A stretch of DNA of 64,000 nucleotides from an uncultured Candidatus Peribacteria bacterium (GTDB lineage Bacteria > Patescibacteriota > Gracilibacteria > UBA1369). The position numbers were made by a program, and so were the translations under genes. The stretch is from positions 4,927 through 68,926 of the forward strand of contig CAZGKO010000002.1 of NCBI GenBank assembly GCA_964526005.1, written 5' to 3'. Under the pieces are notes generated by a model, which searched no databases, was not told the origin of the DNA, and saw only the letters and a list, made by a program, of their open reading frames with translations. Of the stretch, positions 37,085 through 46,991 are shown piece by piece (the first letter of the stretch is position 1; every line of letters starts with the position of its first letter).

Positions 37085-40000
37085 TTAGATCTTGTCTTGA
37101 TCCTGATTATCATTCTGTTGATTCTCAGGATGGGAGTTGTCATTATTCTGTTGATTTTCATGAGTGAGATTTTCATTTGAGGATGGTTTTTCTTCTGTAA
37201 TATTAATATTTGAGTGACTGGTTGATTCTGAAGAAAGTATTGATGAGGTCGAATTATCTGGATCTTTGGGACCTTTCACATCTTGATCTGAAATAGGTTG
37301 GGTAGTCAAACGACGTCTTCTTATATAATAAAGCCCTCCTAGTAATGTTAAGATTGCCAAAATCCACCAGTATTGCATCCAATTGTTTTTCTTGGTATTA
37401 GTAACTGTGAATTTAAGACTGATTGTTTTGGATTGCGCATTATCAGAAAGTCTATAAGCAGTTATATAAACCTGATGATTGCCATTTTCCAATTTGGTGG
37501 GTGAAGCAAGTCTAAACTCTTGATTGGCAGTGTCAGCAATCAATGCTGAAGCTGTTAAATTTGATTTCCAATTGGCAATAACTTTTACAGGTTCCTTCAC
37601 AACTCCAACTAATACAGGTGTCAAATCGCCGGGTGCAATATGTATATCTAAATTAGATAATACTGCATTTATTGGGATTGGTTTATTTCCAAGTGATTGC
37701 AAACCGGGTGTTAATATATTTAAACTTTGATCGACAGTGAAATTTATTTGTTTGGAAAATTTATGTCCATCATAAGCTATAGCCAAATAAGTATTATCTT
37801 GTAAGGAAGTGTGACTATCTAATAAGAAAGCATTATTATCGGTTGATCTGGTACTTCCCATATTAAATATTTTATTCTTTTGGAATTGTGCTTCGTTCGG
37901 ATTATTTGGATTTAAAGTATGATTTAAATATTTGGTAAGAATATCAATTATTGACTGAGTAAAACGGTTGTTAAATAATTGATCTTTGCGTTCTTGAGAT
38001 AAATTTTTGGTCTGATTATTATTATTAATGTCATTACGGATTGTCTGTTTAATGTTATCGAAATCTTTTTGATTAAATAAATAAATGCTGATTTTATCAT
38101 TAGTTGGAGCAGTACCTATAAAAATCGGTGCATCATCTCCGGTTCTGAGACCAGCGGATGGGGTTGTAATTGATAAAGAACCTTGAGATGGCTTGGCATT
38201 GGGGATCAAAGGATTGGTTCCAGTAATTAAAACTTCTCTTCCATCTGATATTTTATCTCCATCTGTATCTGGATTGGTAGGATCTGTTTTTAAATAACAT
38301 TCAAATAAGTCAGACAGACCGTCAGAGTCATGATCAGTTGAAATACTAGCGGCAAAACCATATTTTTTCTTAAATGCGGCAAAATTACAGCTTCCATTAC
38401 TATTAGTGACCGTGGTGACCGTGGTGGCTGCTGGTCGAGTTTGTGATGGTGATGGCGCAGGTGCTGGCAAAGGAGTTGGTGACGGTGGAAGTAGTGGGCT
38501 AGTCACACCTGAAACACCTCTTGTTGTGTTCTTTGTTCTACCTGTTGTTGCAGTAGTTGATCGTTTAGATACCGCAGGTTTTCTCTTAGGTGTTGGTGCT
38601 TTTTTCTTGATTACTGGTGCTTTTTTCTTGGTTACTGGTACTTTTTTCTTGATTATTGGTGCTTTTTTCTTGGTTACTGGAGGGGGATTGCCTAAACATA
38701 ATATTGAATTACATGTGGACCCTGCTTCACCCTGAATCTGAGCAGGGAAATTACCACCAGCGCCAGCTGGTGCTGGGGCTGGTGCTGGTGCTGGGGCTGG
38801 GGCAGTATAAGAAGATTCCATTGAACCAATATCAGCAGCACCACCAATAGGACGAGTAGTCCCTATTTGATCAGTTGCTGGAGCAAGCACGGTATTAGCC
38901 GCATCTACTATATTACTGGCATTGGAAGTTGGTAAGAAATTTTGCGTGAGACCTCCATTTAATTGAAGAGTGCCAAGATCAGTTACGGGAGCAATAATAT
39001 CACTGGAATTAGGAGTGAAAGTGGTAACTGTTCCACAACCAGTGGTATTACTTATTAAATTATTTCCGAGAGAATTTATTGTGACAGGGGCCGTATCATC
39101 CACTATACATAAATCAGGACCGAGTCCACTGCCAGAAGTATTCCCACTAATAATATTATTGGTTAAATTAATCACTGTTGTTGTTCCCTTTATACTAGCA
39201 ACACTAATCCCACCTCCCATTCCACCTCCAGCCATATCGTTAGCGGAATTTTTGAAAATTGTATTGTTAGTTAAATTTATTGTGCCTCCTAAGATCATTG
39301 CTCCACCGCCTACTTGGGCATTATTGTTATAAAAAGTATTATTATAAATGGAGAAAGGCATACTACTTCCCATATTATTAAGACTGATGGCACCGCCAGC
39401 ACCGCCGTAGGTACCACCGCCGGGACCACCACTGATACTATTTGACTGATTATTTAAAAATGCATTATTACTGATGACAGGGATATTTCCGCTGAAAGCG
39501 GATGATATTCCAATTGCGCCACCACCATTTGAAATATTGTTATTAAAAATAGAGCTATCAATTAATAAATTCCCCCCTGACGCAGGTTGGTAAGTAATGG
39601 CACCTTGGATATTATTATTTTTAAAAATAGCATCTTTAACGGTTAAATTAGCGGCTAATAATGGACCGCCACCGGGACCACCACCACCAAAGCCAGTATT
39701 AACCATAATAGCGGAATCATTTGCATTGAAAATATTGGTAGTGGTTGTTAATGGATTAATGCGATCGAAAATGGCTGTTGCTGGAATTAATGGTTGTGGT
39801 AAGTCAGCAGAAATCGTATCTGCCGCTTGAATCCAAACAGCAGCCTGCCCTCCCGTATTAGACAAATAATTGGAGTCGTGAGAGGTCAAGTTACCTCCAT
39901 CAATATATATTGCACTTCCAAATGTCGTAGGAAAGCCACTATTGCCGATAATATTATTAGTATCAAAAACAACATTATTTAGAGTAAGATCGGCACTAAG

Positions 40001-41866
40001 AGAAGCAATAGCTCCTCCTGCAACCGTTGCAGCATTAATGTCTTGGACAGCATTGTTGGAAAAAGTTGTATTTTTTATTATTGCTATAGGTGTTCCTGCG
40101 TAACTGTCAGCGATAAGGGCAATAGCGCCTCCATAATAATTAGTATTAGGTAAAGGATCAGAAATCGTATTGTTATCAAATTTATTGGTAAGTAAACCAT
40201 CATAATTTAATTTAACATTACCTTGAGCTAAGATAGCACCTCCGGCAGATAGATAAGTACCATTTGCCTTATTGTTTGTAAAATCAATACCAGAAATTGT
40301 TACTGAAGTCGGAGTTCCTGTATTACCATTGATACTAATAGCCCCCCCGTGATATGCGGTATTTCCATCAAATCCTGCCTGAGCACCACCAGTTAAAGTT
40401 AAAGTTGAATGTTGGTCGGCGGCAATCGCGCCACCTGTATAAGCAGCATTATTTTCAAACATGGTATTATTGATAGTGGTTCCCGTGGGACTACTTGAAA
40501 TATTGGAACCAATATGCAATCCACCACCTTCATTAGCTGCAGTATTTCCGGTTGTGCCTGTCTTACCACCAAAAGCACTATTGGTAATGTGCATTTCTCC
40601 ACCAGTACTATTGTCGTCAATTCCACCTCCACTACCAGTAGTCACTCCTGTCGAATTCCCTATAAATTGAGTGGAATCGACATTTAAAGTCCCTGCGTCT
40701 CCACTGTTGAAATTTATACCACCTCCATTAGTAGATGTGGTATTTTCCTGAACTGTAGAATTATTTATGGTAAGATTACCGTTCTGAACATAAATTCCTC
40801 CACCATTGGCGGCTGTATTCCCGCCTCTGTTACCTCCAATTGTTGTATAATTAGCGGTCAAAGTACCTTTGCTTAAATGAATTCCTCCACCGGTTCCGCC
40901 ATCAGCATGATTGGTCCGAATAATAACTGGTGAATTACTTGTGCCCGTAATAGTAGATGTGGGTGCAGTTCCTCCAGTTGTATTTGCAAAATAAATACCA
41001 CCTCCATTTCCATTAGTGGCGGTATTGCCAGTAATAGTTAAACTGGTAGCGGTTGGATCACTATGAGCAATATCTAATTTGGAATTAGGTCCTATATAGA
41101 TGCCACCACCATTTCCATTAGTGGCGGTATTGGCATTTATTATCTTGGAATGGGTGCTTGTTGTTTGATTATAAGTTAAAGTGCTATTTGAACTTATAGC
41201 AATACCTCCTCCATCACTTGCCGCAGTATTTCTTTGAATTGATGTATCATTTAATATAGCATCATTAGATGAATTGACATAAATTGCACCTCCAGAAACG
41301 GTGGCATTAGAATCGGTTAGATCTGAATTGGTGATTGTTATTGTCCTTTTTCCTGAACTTGGAGAAGCTACACGAATTAAACCACCATTTCCAGAAGCAG
41401 GAGTTTGTCCATTTTTAAGAATAATATTATCTAGTTCAAAAGAATCAGTTGGGTCGGTGGTTTCAACATTAAAAACACGAGATGTTCCTCCAGCATCAAT
41501 GGTTACGTTGGGTGAAGGATCAGTATATGTACCTTGAATTTTAATCCCTCCAGAAGGTCCCCCAATTGGATCGACAATAGGAATCACTCCATTAACTAAA
41601 GTAATCGTAGTTAAGGGAGCAAAGCTGGTAAGATCAATAGTATCAACACTGGTAGCACTTCCAGCCGCACAATTTGTTCCGGCAGTCGTGTTATTATTAG
41701 CGGCGTAAATAGCTTCACGAAGTTCACAACCAGAGCTAGGCGCATTAACAGTATTATTATCGGTATCAGTTGATAAATTTACCGTAATAACTGCGGCATA
41801 CGCCGTTGAATTAAATAACAGGAGGAATAAAACAGGATAGACAAGAAAGCGAGTGAATTTGGACAT
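37085..41866 (-). CDS. giant Pmp-like beta-helix surface protein, C-terminally membrane-anchored
   Basis: Signal peptide from the ATG at 41866 (MSKFTRFLVYPVLFLLLFNSTAYA); the track start at 41926 is TTG. Dozens of GGGI/GGAI...N repeats typical of polymorphic-membrane-protein/pectate-lyase-fold helices. PAPAPA and KKKAP linkers. TSP3-like DSDGLSD..DPTNPDTDGDKISDG. TM segment WWILAILTLLGGLYYIRRRR plus an acidic tail. Confidence 0.85.
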   Translation of the reverse strand: MSKFTRFLVYPVLFLLLFNSTAYAAVITVNLSTDTDNNTVNAPSSGCELREAIYAANNNTTAGTNCAAGSATSVDTIDLTSFAPLTTITLVNGVIPIVDPIGGPSGGIKIQGTYTDPSPNVTIDAGGTSRVFNVETTDPTDSFELDNIILKNGQTPASGNGGLIRVASPSSGKRTITITNSDLTDSNATVSGGAIYVNSSNDAILNDTSIQRNTAASDGGGIAISSNSTLTYNQTTSTHSKIINANTATNGNGGGIYIGPNSKLDIAHSDPTATSLTITGNTATNGNGGGIYFANTTGGTAPTSTITGTSNSPVIIRTNHADGGTGGGIHLSKGTLTANYTTIGGNRGGNTAANGGGIYVQNGNLTINNSTVQENTTSTNGGGINFNSGDAGTLNVDSTQFIGNSTGVTTGSGGGIDDNSTGGEMHITNSAFGGKTGTTGNTAANEGGGLHIGSNISSSPTGTTINNTMFENNAAYTGGAIAADQHSTLTLTGGAQAGFDGNTAYHGGAISINGNTGTPTSVTISGIDFTNNKANGTYLSAGGAILAQGNVKLNYDGLLTNKFDNNTISDPLPNTNYYGGAIALIADSYAGTPIAIIKNTTFSNNAVQDINAATVAGGAIASLSADLTLNNVVFDTNNIIGNSGFPTTFGSAIYIDGGNLTSHDSNYLSNTGGQAAVWIQAADTISADLPQPLIPATAIFDRINPLTTTTNIFNANDSAIMVNTGFGGGGPGGGPLLAANLTVKDAIFKNNNIQGAITYQPASGGNLLIDSSIFNNNISNGGGAIGISSAFSGNIPVISNNAFLNNQSNSISGGPGGGTYGGAGGAISLNNMGSSMPFSIYNNTFYNNNAQVGGGAMILGGTINLTNNTIFKNSANDMAGGGMGGGISVASIKGTTTVINLTNNIISGNTSGSGLGPDLCIVDDTAPVTINSLGNNLISNTTGCGTVTTFTPNSSDIIAPVTDLGTLQLNGGLTQNFLPTSNASNIVDAANTVLAPATDQIGTTRPIGGAADIGSMESSYTAPAPAPAPAPAPAGAGGNFPAQIQGEAGSTCNSILCLGNPPPVTKKKAPIIKKKVPVTKKKAPVIKKKAPTPKRKPAVSKRSTTATTGRTKNTTRGVSGVTSPLLPPSPTPLPAPAPSPSQTRPAATTVTTVTNSNGSCNFAAFKKKYGFAASISTDHDSDGLSDLFECYLKTDPTNPDTDGDKISDGREVLITGTNPLIPNAKPSQGSLSITTPSAGLRTGDDAPIFIGTAPTNDKISIYLFNQKDFDNIKQTIRNDINNNNQTKNLSQERKDQLFNNRFTQSIIDILTKYLNHTLNPNNPNEAQFQKNKIFNMGSTRSTDNNAFLLDSHTSLQDNTYLAIAYDGHKFSKQINFTVDQSLNILTPGLQSLGNKPIPINAVLSNLDIHIAPGDLTPVLVGVVKEPVKVIANWKSNLTASALIADTANQEFRLASPTKLENGNHQVYITAYRLSDNAQSKTISLKFTVTNTKKNNWMQYWWILAILTLLGGLYYIRRRRLTTQPISDQDVKGPKDPDNSTSSILSSESTSHSNINITEEKPSSNENLTHENQQNNDNSHPENQQNDNQDQDKI
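38588..38671 (-). repeat. 4 x 21-nt coding tandem repeat (KKKAPxx)
   Basis: Encodes KKKAPII KKKVPVT KKKAPVI KKKAPTP. An adjacent PAPAPAPAPAPA tract lies at ~38764-38806. Confidence 0.85.
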
Positions 41867-42114
41867 TTTTATATTTGTTGATGTAGTTCGTACTTTAATA
41901 ATAAAGCAAATTAGGTTTTTTTTCAAATATTTTGTGCGGATATTTTATGTGGACATTTGATGTAGACATTTGATCAACGGGTAATCAACATAGGTTTTTA
42001 AGCATTAATAACCGAGATAGGCGTATATATATGAGGTGAATATCATTTAAATTAATAATAATTTTCTATTGCCAAAAAAGACACACTTGCTTATATTTAA
42101 CAGGCAAAATTCGA

Positions 42115-42201
<87 letters not shown>

Positions 42202-42245
42202 ATTTTGTTTTTTGCTGTGATAAATTAATAATAAACCATAAATAT

Positions 42246-42959
42246 TTATGCCAATTGATCTTCCATGGAAAAAGTATCGAATAGGCATTTTCTTATACTT
42301 TTCAATATGATACTAACCGTTGGGGCCGCTATCCCTAATTGTTGCCCAATCTCAATTAATGATTTGCCCTCTAAATAATACTTTACTACAACTTGATCAC
42401 GTGGTTCTAAACTCGGGATTCTATTTGCAAGTCTATCGCTATCTTCTCTTTTAATTACCAATTCTTCTGGGGTTGGAGAAAGAGACTGCAGATGATCAAT
42501 TGCATTAAAGGTTGCGTTTGGTTGAATTGTGACTTTAATATGTTCTGCAAGTGTTTCAAGATGAGCGATTTGTTGAACTGTTTCTCCAAGAGTTTTAGCA
42601 ATCTCTTCAATAACAATGTGACTATCGTTTTTTTTTAATTCCATAATTTGTCTGATTTTTTTGTAGCCACTTCTTTTGATAAAATTTTCTTTTCTAAAAA
42701 AATCGGTGACTGCTCCTTGAATACGAATATATAAATATGTTTTAAATTCTTTGGAACATCCCTTAAATTTGGATGCAGAAATTGTAATTGCTAATAAAAC
42801 TTCTGCTTTTAATTCTTCAAATACTTGTGACGATAGAGCAGAAGAATATTTATAAAGAATTTTATTAATATAATTCATATTTTGATCAATAAGCTGATGC
42901 CAATCTACAATTTCTTTGTTGCTGATAATAGAGGGGTAATTCTCAGTTTGACTATCCAT
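42246..42959 (-). CDS. RNA polymerase sigma factor, sigma-70 family (group 3-like)
   Basis: Region 2-like FKTYLYIRIQGAVTDFFRKE and region 4 HTH EIGQQLGIAAPTVSIILKSIRKCL. 237 aa. Confidence 0.8.
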   Translation of the reverse strand: MDSQTENYPSIISNKEIVDWHQLIDQNMNYINKILYKYSSALSSQVFEELKAEVLLAITISASKFKGCSKEFKTYLYIRIQGAVTDFFRKENFIKRSGYKKIRQIMELKKNDSHIVIEEIAKTLGETVQQIAHLETLAEHIKVTIQPNATFNAIDHLQSLSPTPEELVIKREDSDRLANRIPSLEPRDQVVVKYYLEGKSLIEIGQQLGIAAPTVSIILKSIRKCLFDTFSMEDQLA

Positions 42960-42985
42960 AATATATTAAAATTAAATAAGATAAG

Positions 42986-43014
42986 ATTTTATCAAAAAAA
43001 TAAGAACTTGACAA
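42986..43014 (-). promoter_or_regulatory. sigma70-type promoter of the sigma-factor gene
   Basis: Minus strand: TTGTCA (43009-43014), 17-nt spacer, TAAAAT (42986-42991). Confidence 0.5.
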
Positions 43015-43030
43015 ATGAAAAGAATAGATA

Positions 43031-43048
43031 CCCCGTAAACACGGGGTG
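43031..43048 (-). terminator. terminator hairpin downstream of tRNA-Thr
   Basis: accccgt-aaac-acggggt, followed on the minus strand by atctattctttttcatt. Confidence 0.6.
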
Positions 43049-43055
43049 ATAAATT

Positions 43056-43091
43056 AATATGGAGCCACTTGTTAATATGGAGCCACTTGTC
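43056..43091 (-). repeat. perfect 18-bp tandem duplication spanning the tRNA-Thr 3' end
   Basis: taatatggagccacttgt occurs twice (43056-43073 and 43074-43091). The second copy contains the last 13 nt of the tRNA, including CCA. Confidence 0.9.
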
Positions 43092-43153
43092 GGATTCGAA
43101 CCGACGACCTACCGCTTACAAGGCGGTTGCTCTACCACTGAGCTAAAGTGGCT
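43079..43153 (-). tRNA. tRNA-Thr (TGT), CCA encoded
   Basis: Reverse complement: gccactttagctcagtggtagagcaaccgccttgtaagcggtaggtcgtcggttcgaatccgacaagtggctcca. Anticodon loop ctTGTaa. Confidence 0.92.
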
Positions 43154-43269
43154 TATAAATTATATTTTATATTTCATTTAGCAAAATCGCAGTGATGATA
43201 TTTAAATGGAGAACTATTGTCAAACAAAAAATTTTAAATTATTCTTGATAATAAATAAGTTTAATATAA

Positions 43270-44226
43270 ATGAATAAATTAGATAAAATAGATGGAATGG
43301 ATGGAATGTTAAAAAATATTCCTCTGGCACCGCTAACAACCTTCGGCATGGGTGGACCGGCAGATTACTTTTTTAAGTTAAACAATATAGAATTATTGCC
43401 GAGTTTAATTGAAGCGGCGCAGATTGCCGGCTTACCGTGGCTGGTTTTGGGATGTGGAAGTAATATGATTTTTTCAGACAAAGGATTTCGTGGGCTTATA
43501 ATTCATAATTTAGAGCAAAATATAAAGATGGATGGGGATTTAGTGATGGCAACTTCAGGCACTTTACTCTCACAAATCATTCAATTTGCTTTAAAATATG
43601 ATTTGGTGGGTATGGAAAAACTAATAGGAATACCAGGAACAATCGGTGGTGCGGTAAGAGGAAATGCTGGAGCTTTTGGAATGGAAATAACATCTATATT
43701 TGAAAAAGCACAAATTTATAGACCAATATCTGATCTTTTCATCTCATCTTCCTCATCAGAAAAAAAGGGTGAAATAATTGAATTAGGACATGATTATTTT
43801 AAATTTGGCTATCGACATTCGACAATAAAATATAGTGGAGAAATTATTTTAAAAGTTTGGCTAAAATTAAACTATGGAAATACTGAAACCGAAATAGCAA
43901 AAGTACGACAAATTATTATGACCAGATCGGGCAAACATCCGATCGGGAAGAGTTCGGGATCATTTTTTAAAAACCCTTCAAAAAATTTGGTTGGAGAAGG
44001 ATTATCAGCTGGTTATTTGATAGATCAATGTGGATTTAAAGGTAGATATAATGATGGTGGAGCATATATTTCTGAAAAACATGGGAATTTTTTAATGAAT
44101 AACGGTAAAGCAACGATGACAGATGTCTTGAAATTATGTTTAGAAATTCAACAGGCTGTAAAAGCTAAGTTTGGAATAGAACTGGAAAAAGAAGTCCAAT
44201 TAATTGGAGAAAATGGAATAATATAA
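43270..44226 (+). CDS. murB: UDP-N-acetylenolpyruvoylglucosamine reductase
   Basis: PLAPLTTFGMGGPADYFF, GCGSNMIF, GIPGTIGGAVRGNAGAFG, SGSFFKNP. Confidence 0.93.
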   Translation: MNKLDKIDGMDGMLKNIPLAPLTTFGMGGPADYFFKLNNIELLPSLIEAAQIAGLPWLVLGCGSNMIFSDKGFRGLIIHNLEQNIKMDGDLVMATSGTLLSQIIQFALKYDLVGMEKLIGIPGTIGGAVRGNAGAFGMEITSIFEKAQIYRPISDLFISSSSSEKKGEIIELGHDYFKFGYRHSTIKYSGEIILKVWLKLNYGNTETEIAKVRQIIMTRSGKHPIGKSSGSFFKNPSKNLVGEGLSAGYLIDQCGFKGRYNDGGAYISEKHGNFLMNNGKATMTDVLKLCLEIQQAVKAKFGIELEKEVQLIGENGII

Positions 44227-44293
44227 ACCTCTGATTTAAGCATTACTACTAGAAGTTGGGTAGTCAAATTTAGTAAAAGAGATTTCTAAAAAA

Positions 44294-45496
44294 TTATCTA
44301 TCCATTTTGCGACGAATGAAAGCAGGAACATCAAGTTCAGATTCCATCTGAGTAGGCTGAGACTCTTTATTTTTTGATGCTGGAACAATATCTGCTCCAT
44401 TAGAATTAATACGGAGAGAACTATTTAATTGTAAATGTTGACGTAGAATAGTTGGTTTTTCGCGTGGTGAATCATCAAATCCGGTAGCAACAACCGTAAG
44501 TTTAATTTCTCCAGTATAAGAATCATTGATTACTGCTCCAAAAATAATATTTGCATCTGGATCAGCAGCTTCAGTAATAATTCGGGCAGCTTCATCAACT
44601 TCAAACATAGAAAGATCATTACCGCCAGTTATATTGAATAGCACACCTTTAGCCCCATCAATAGCAAGTTCTAAAAGAGGAGATTCGATAGCAGCTTTGG
44701 CGGATTCAATTGCCCGATTTTCTCCACTTCCATAACCAATACCCATTAAAGCAGAGCCTGCATTTTCCATAACAGCCTTAACATCGGCGAAATCCACATT
44801 GATTAAACCTGCCACTGTAATTAAATCGGCAATGCCCTGAACCCCCTGACGGAGAACATCATCAACAACGGTAAAAGCTTCGGTAAGTGGGGTTTTTTTA
44901 TCAATAATAGAAAGAATTTTATCGTTGGGAATAGTAATTAGGGTATCAACTTTGTTACGAAGATTTTCTAAGCCGTCGTCAGCTTGCTGGCGGCGGCGAT
45001 TACCTTCAAATGAAAAAGGTTTAGTCACAACGGCTACAGTTAAGATGCCAAGTTCCTTGGCAACTTCAGCAATTATTGGAGAAGCACCTGTACCAGTTCC
45101 ACCACCCATACCACAGGTAATAAAAACCATATCAGTGCCCATTAAAGCTTCACGAATTTCTTCAGCGCTTTCTTCAGCGGCTTGGCGACCAATATCAGGA
45201 TTGGCACCTGCTCCAAGACCACGAGTAGTAGCTTTACCAATATTAATTTTTAAATTAGCATTAGAATTATGAAGAGCTTGAGCATCAGTATTGATAGCAA
45301 TATATTCAATACCGTTGAGATCTGATTTAATCATTCTTTCGAGTGCATTGTTTCCTCCACCTCCTACACCAACAACTTTAATGCGAGCAACTGGAATAAC
45401 ATCATCGGGGACAATTTCCATAGATTTTTTGGTATGCGTTGTTGTGCCGGAAAAAAGATTTCTGAGTGAGTCTTTTTGATTAGTACTTAATGCCAT
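44294..45496 (-). CDS. ftsZ: cell division protein FtsZ
   Basis: [11 protein letters not shown] and the tubulin signature [12 protein letters not shown]. Confidence 0.97.
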   Translation of the reverse strand: MALSTNQKDSLRNLFSGTTTHTKKSMEIVPDDVIPVARIKVVGVGGGGNNALERMIKSDLNGIEYIAINTDAQALHNSNANLKINIGKATTRGLGAGANPDIGRQAAEESAEEIREALMGTDMVFITCGMGGGTGTGASPIIAEVAKELGILTVAVVTKPFSFEGNRRRQQADDGLENLRNKVDTLITIPNDKILSIIDKKTPLTEAFTVVDDVLRQGVQGIADLITVAGLINVDFADVKAVMENAGSALMGIGYGSGENRAIESAKAAIESPLLELAIDGAKGVLFNITGGNDLSMFEVDEAARIITEAADPDANIIFGAVINDSYTGEIKLTVVATGFDDSPREKPTILRQHLQLNSSLRINSNGADIVPASKNKESQPTQMESELDVPAFIRRKMDR

Positions 45497-45605
45497 AAGA
45501 AATTTATAAAAATTTGACTTTGTTAACTCTATTAAGAGTTTGTATTATTACTTATATTTTGCAAAACTGTCAATAGTATTTCAATATATCGTTTGACTAT
45601 CCAGA

Positions 45606-46841
45606 TTAAGGGAAAAGACTTTTGACCCAATTCTTCATTCCGGTTAAAGATTTCTTAACATTTAAACTTTTTAAACTGAAGCCATAAGAGCGATGTTCTA
45701 AACGTGAACCCCATAAAATTAATCCTATAGCGGTGGCATAAGCGGGATCATCAATTTTATCAACTACTCCATCAAAATTTTGAGGAAATCCAATTTGGAC
45801 AGGCAAATTTAAAGTTTCACGAGCAAGATCTAAAATACCGGGCATTTTTACAGAAGCACCAGTTAAAATTGCACCGGCAGGAAGCATGCCATCGCGATTA
45901 ATTTTTGCTAATTCATCACGCACCATTAAAAAAATCTCATGATAACGAGCCTCAATAATTTCAGCCATGTGTTTTTTAGCAACTTTTTGAATATCAATTT
46001 TACTGATTAAAGAAAGATCAATAATTTCACGTTCATTAACGTCAGCAGGCTGGCAAGTTCCATATTCAATTTTAATTTTTTCAGCAGTATCAATAGAAGT
46101 ACGAAGACCTATAGCGATATCATTGGTAACATTTTCTCCACCTACAGGAATAACTGCGGTATGCAATGTAGTACCTTCTTCAAAAACAGAAACAGCAGTT
46201 CCTCCTGACCCTATATCAATGACAACAACACCAAGTTCTTTTTGTCGTTTGGAAAGCACCGCTTCAGCGGAAGCTAAACAGCCTGGGATAATGTCATCAA
46301 TATCGACACCGGCCTGCAAAACACATTTTTCAACATTTTTTACAGCAGGAACCAGTCCAGTAATAATGTGAGCTTCAACTTCAAGACGAATTCCCGTCAT
46401 ACCAACAGGGTATTTAATTCCTTTTTGATCGTCAACAGTAAAGGATTTAGGAATAATACGAAGTATTCGACGATTTGAGGGGATTGAAACGGCTTGGGCA
46501 GCCTCAAGAACGCGATCCACATCATCTTCTGTAATTTCATTACCGCTGGACACAGCAATTACACCTTTGGAATTAATTGATTCAATACTATTTCCTCCGA
46601 TACCAAGAAAAATATGATTAATCGGTTCACCAGCCATACGTTCAGCATCTTCAAGAGAAGAAGAAATACTTGAAATAGTTTCTTCAACATCAATAATCGC
46701 TCCTTTGCGCATGCCTGTTGATGGAGCTAATCCTACTCCAATAATGTTTGGGACTTGAGATCCTTCTTCAAGGGTTCCTACGACTGTACGAATTTTAGAA
46801 CTGCCGATGTCTAAACTCGCTATTACTCTGACTTTACTCAT
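45606..46841 (-). CDS. ftsA: cell division protein FtsA
   Basis: Actin-fold motifs LDIGSSKIRTVVG and VIDIGSGGTAVSVF. Lies upstream of ftsZ. Confidence 0.95.
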   Translation of the reverse strand: MSKVRVIASLDIGSSKIRTVVGTLEEGSQVPNIIGVGLAPSTGMRKGAIIDVEETISSISSSLEDAERMAGEPINHIFLGIGGNSIESINSKGVIAVSSGNEITEDDVDRVLEAAQAVSIPSNRRILRIIPKSFTVDDQKGIKYPVGMTGIRLEVEAHIITGLVPAVKNVEKCVLQAGVDIDDIIPGCLASAEAVLSKRQKELGVVVIDIGSGGTAVSVFEEGTTLHTAVIPVGGENVTNDIAIGLRTSIDTAEKIKIEYGTCQPADVNEREIIDLSLISKIDIQKVAKKHMAEIIEARYHEIFLMVRDELAKINRDGMLPAGAILTGASVKMPGILDLARETLNLPVQIGFPQNFDGVVDKIDDPAYATAIGLILWGSRLEHRSYGFSLKSLNVKKSLTGMKNWVKSLFP

Positions 46842-46991
46842 ATTATAGGTATTATTTGCCTGAAAATTTGTTTTAACTATGTTGGAAGTTAGAGCAAAAT
46901 ATTAATAATTATAATTCATAACGAAAATATAACTGAAAGATGATACATTTACAAATTTTTTGATGGAAATGCAAGAGAAAAAATTTACTGA

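Noticed and set aside
38406-41537. Multiple plus-strand ORFs (38406..38735, 38656..38850, 38970..39332, 39597..39830, 40461..40670, 41301..41537) and 40399..40632(-)
   Set aside because: They are antisense to, or out of frame with, the giant beta-helix gene. They stay open because of the repetitive GGN/ACC-rich codons.
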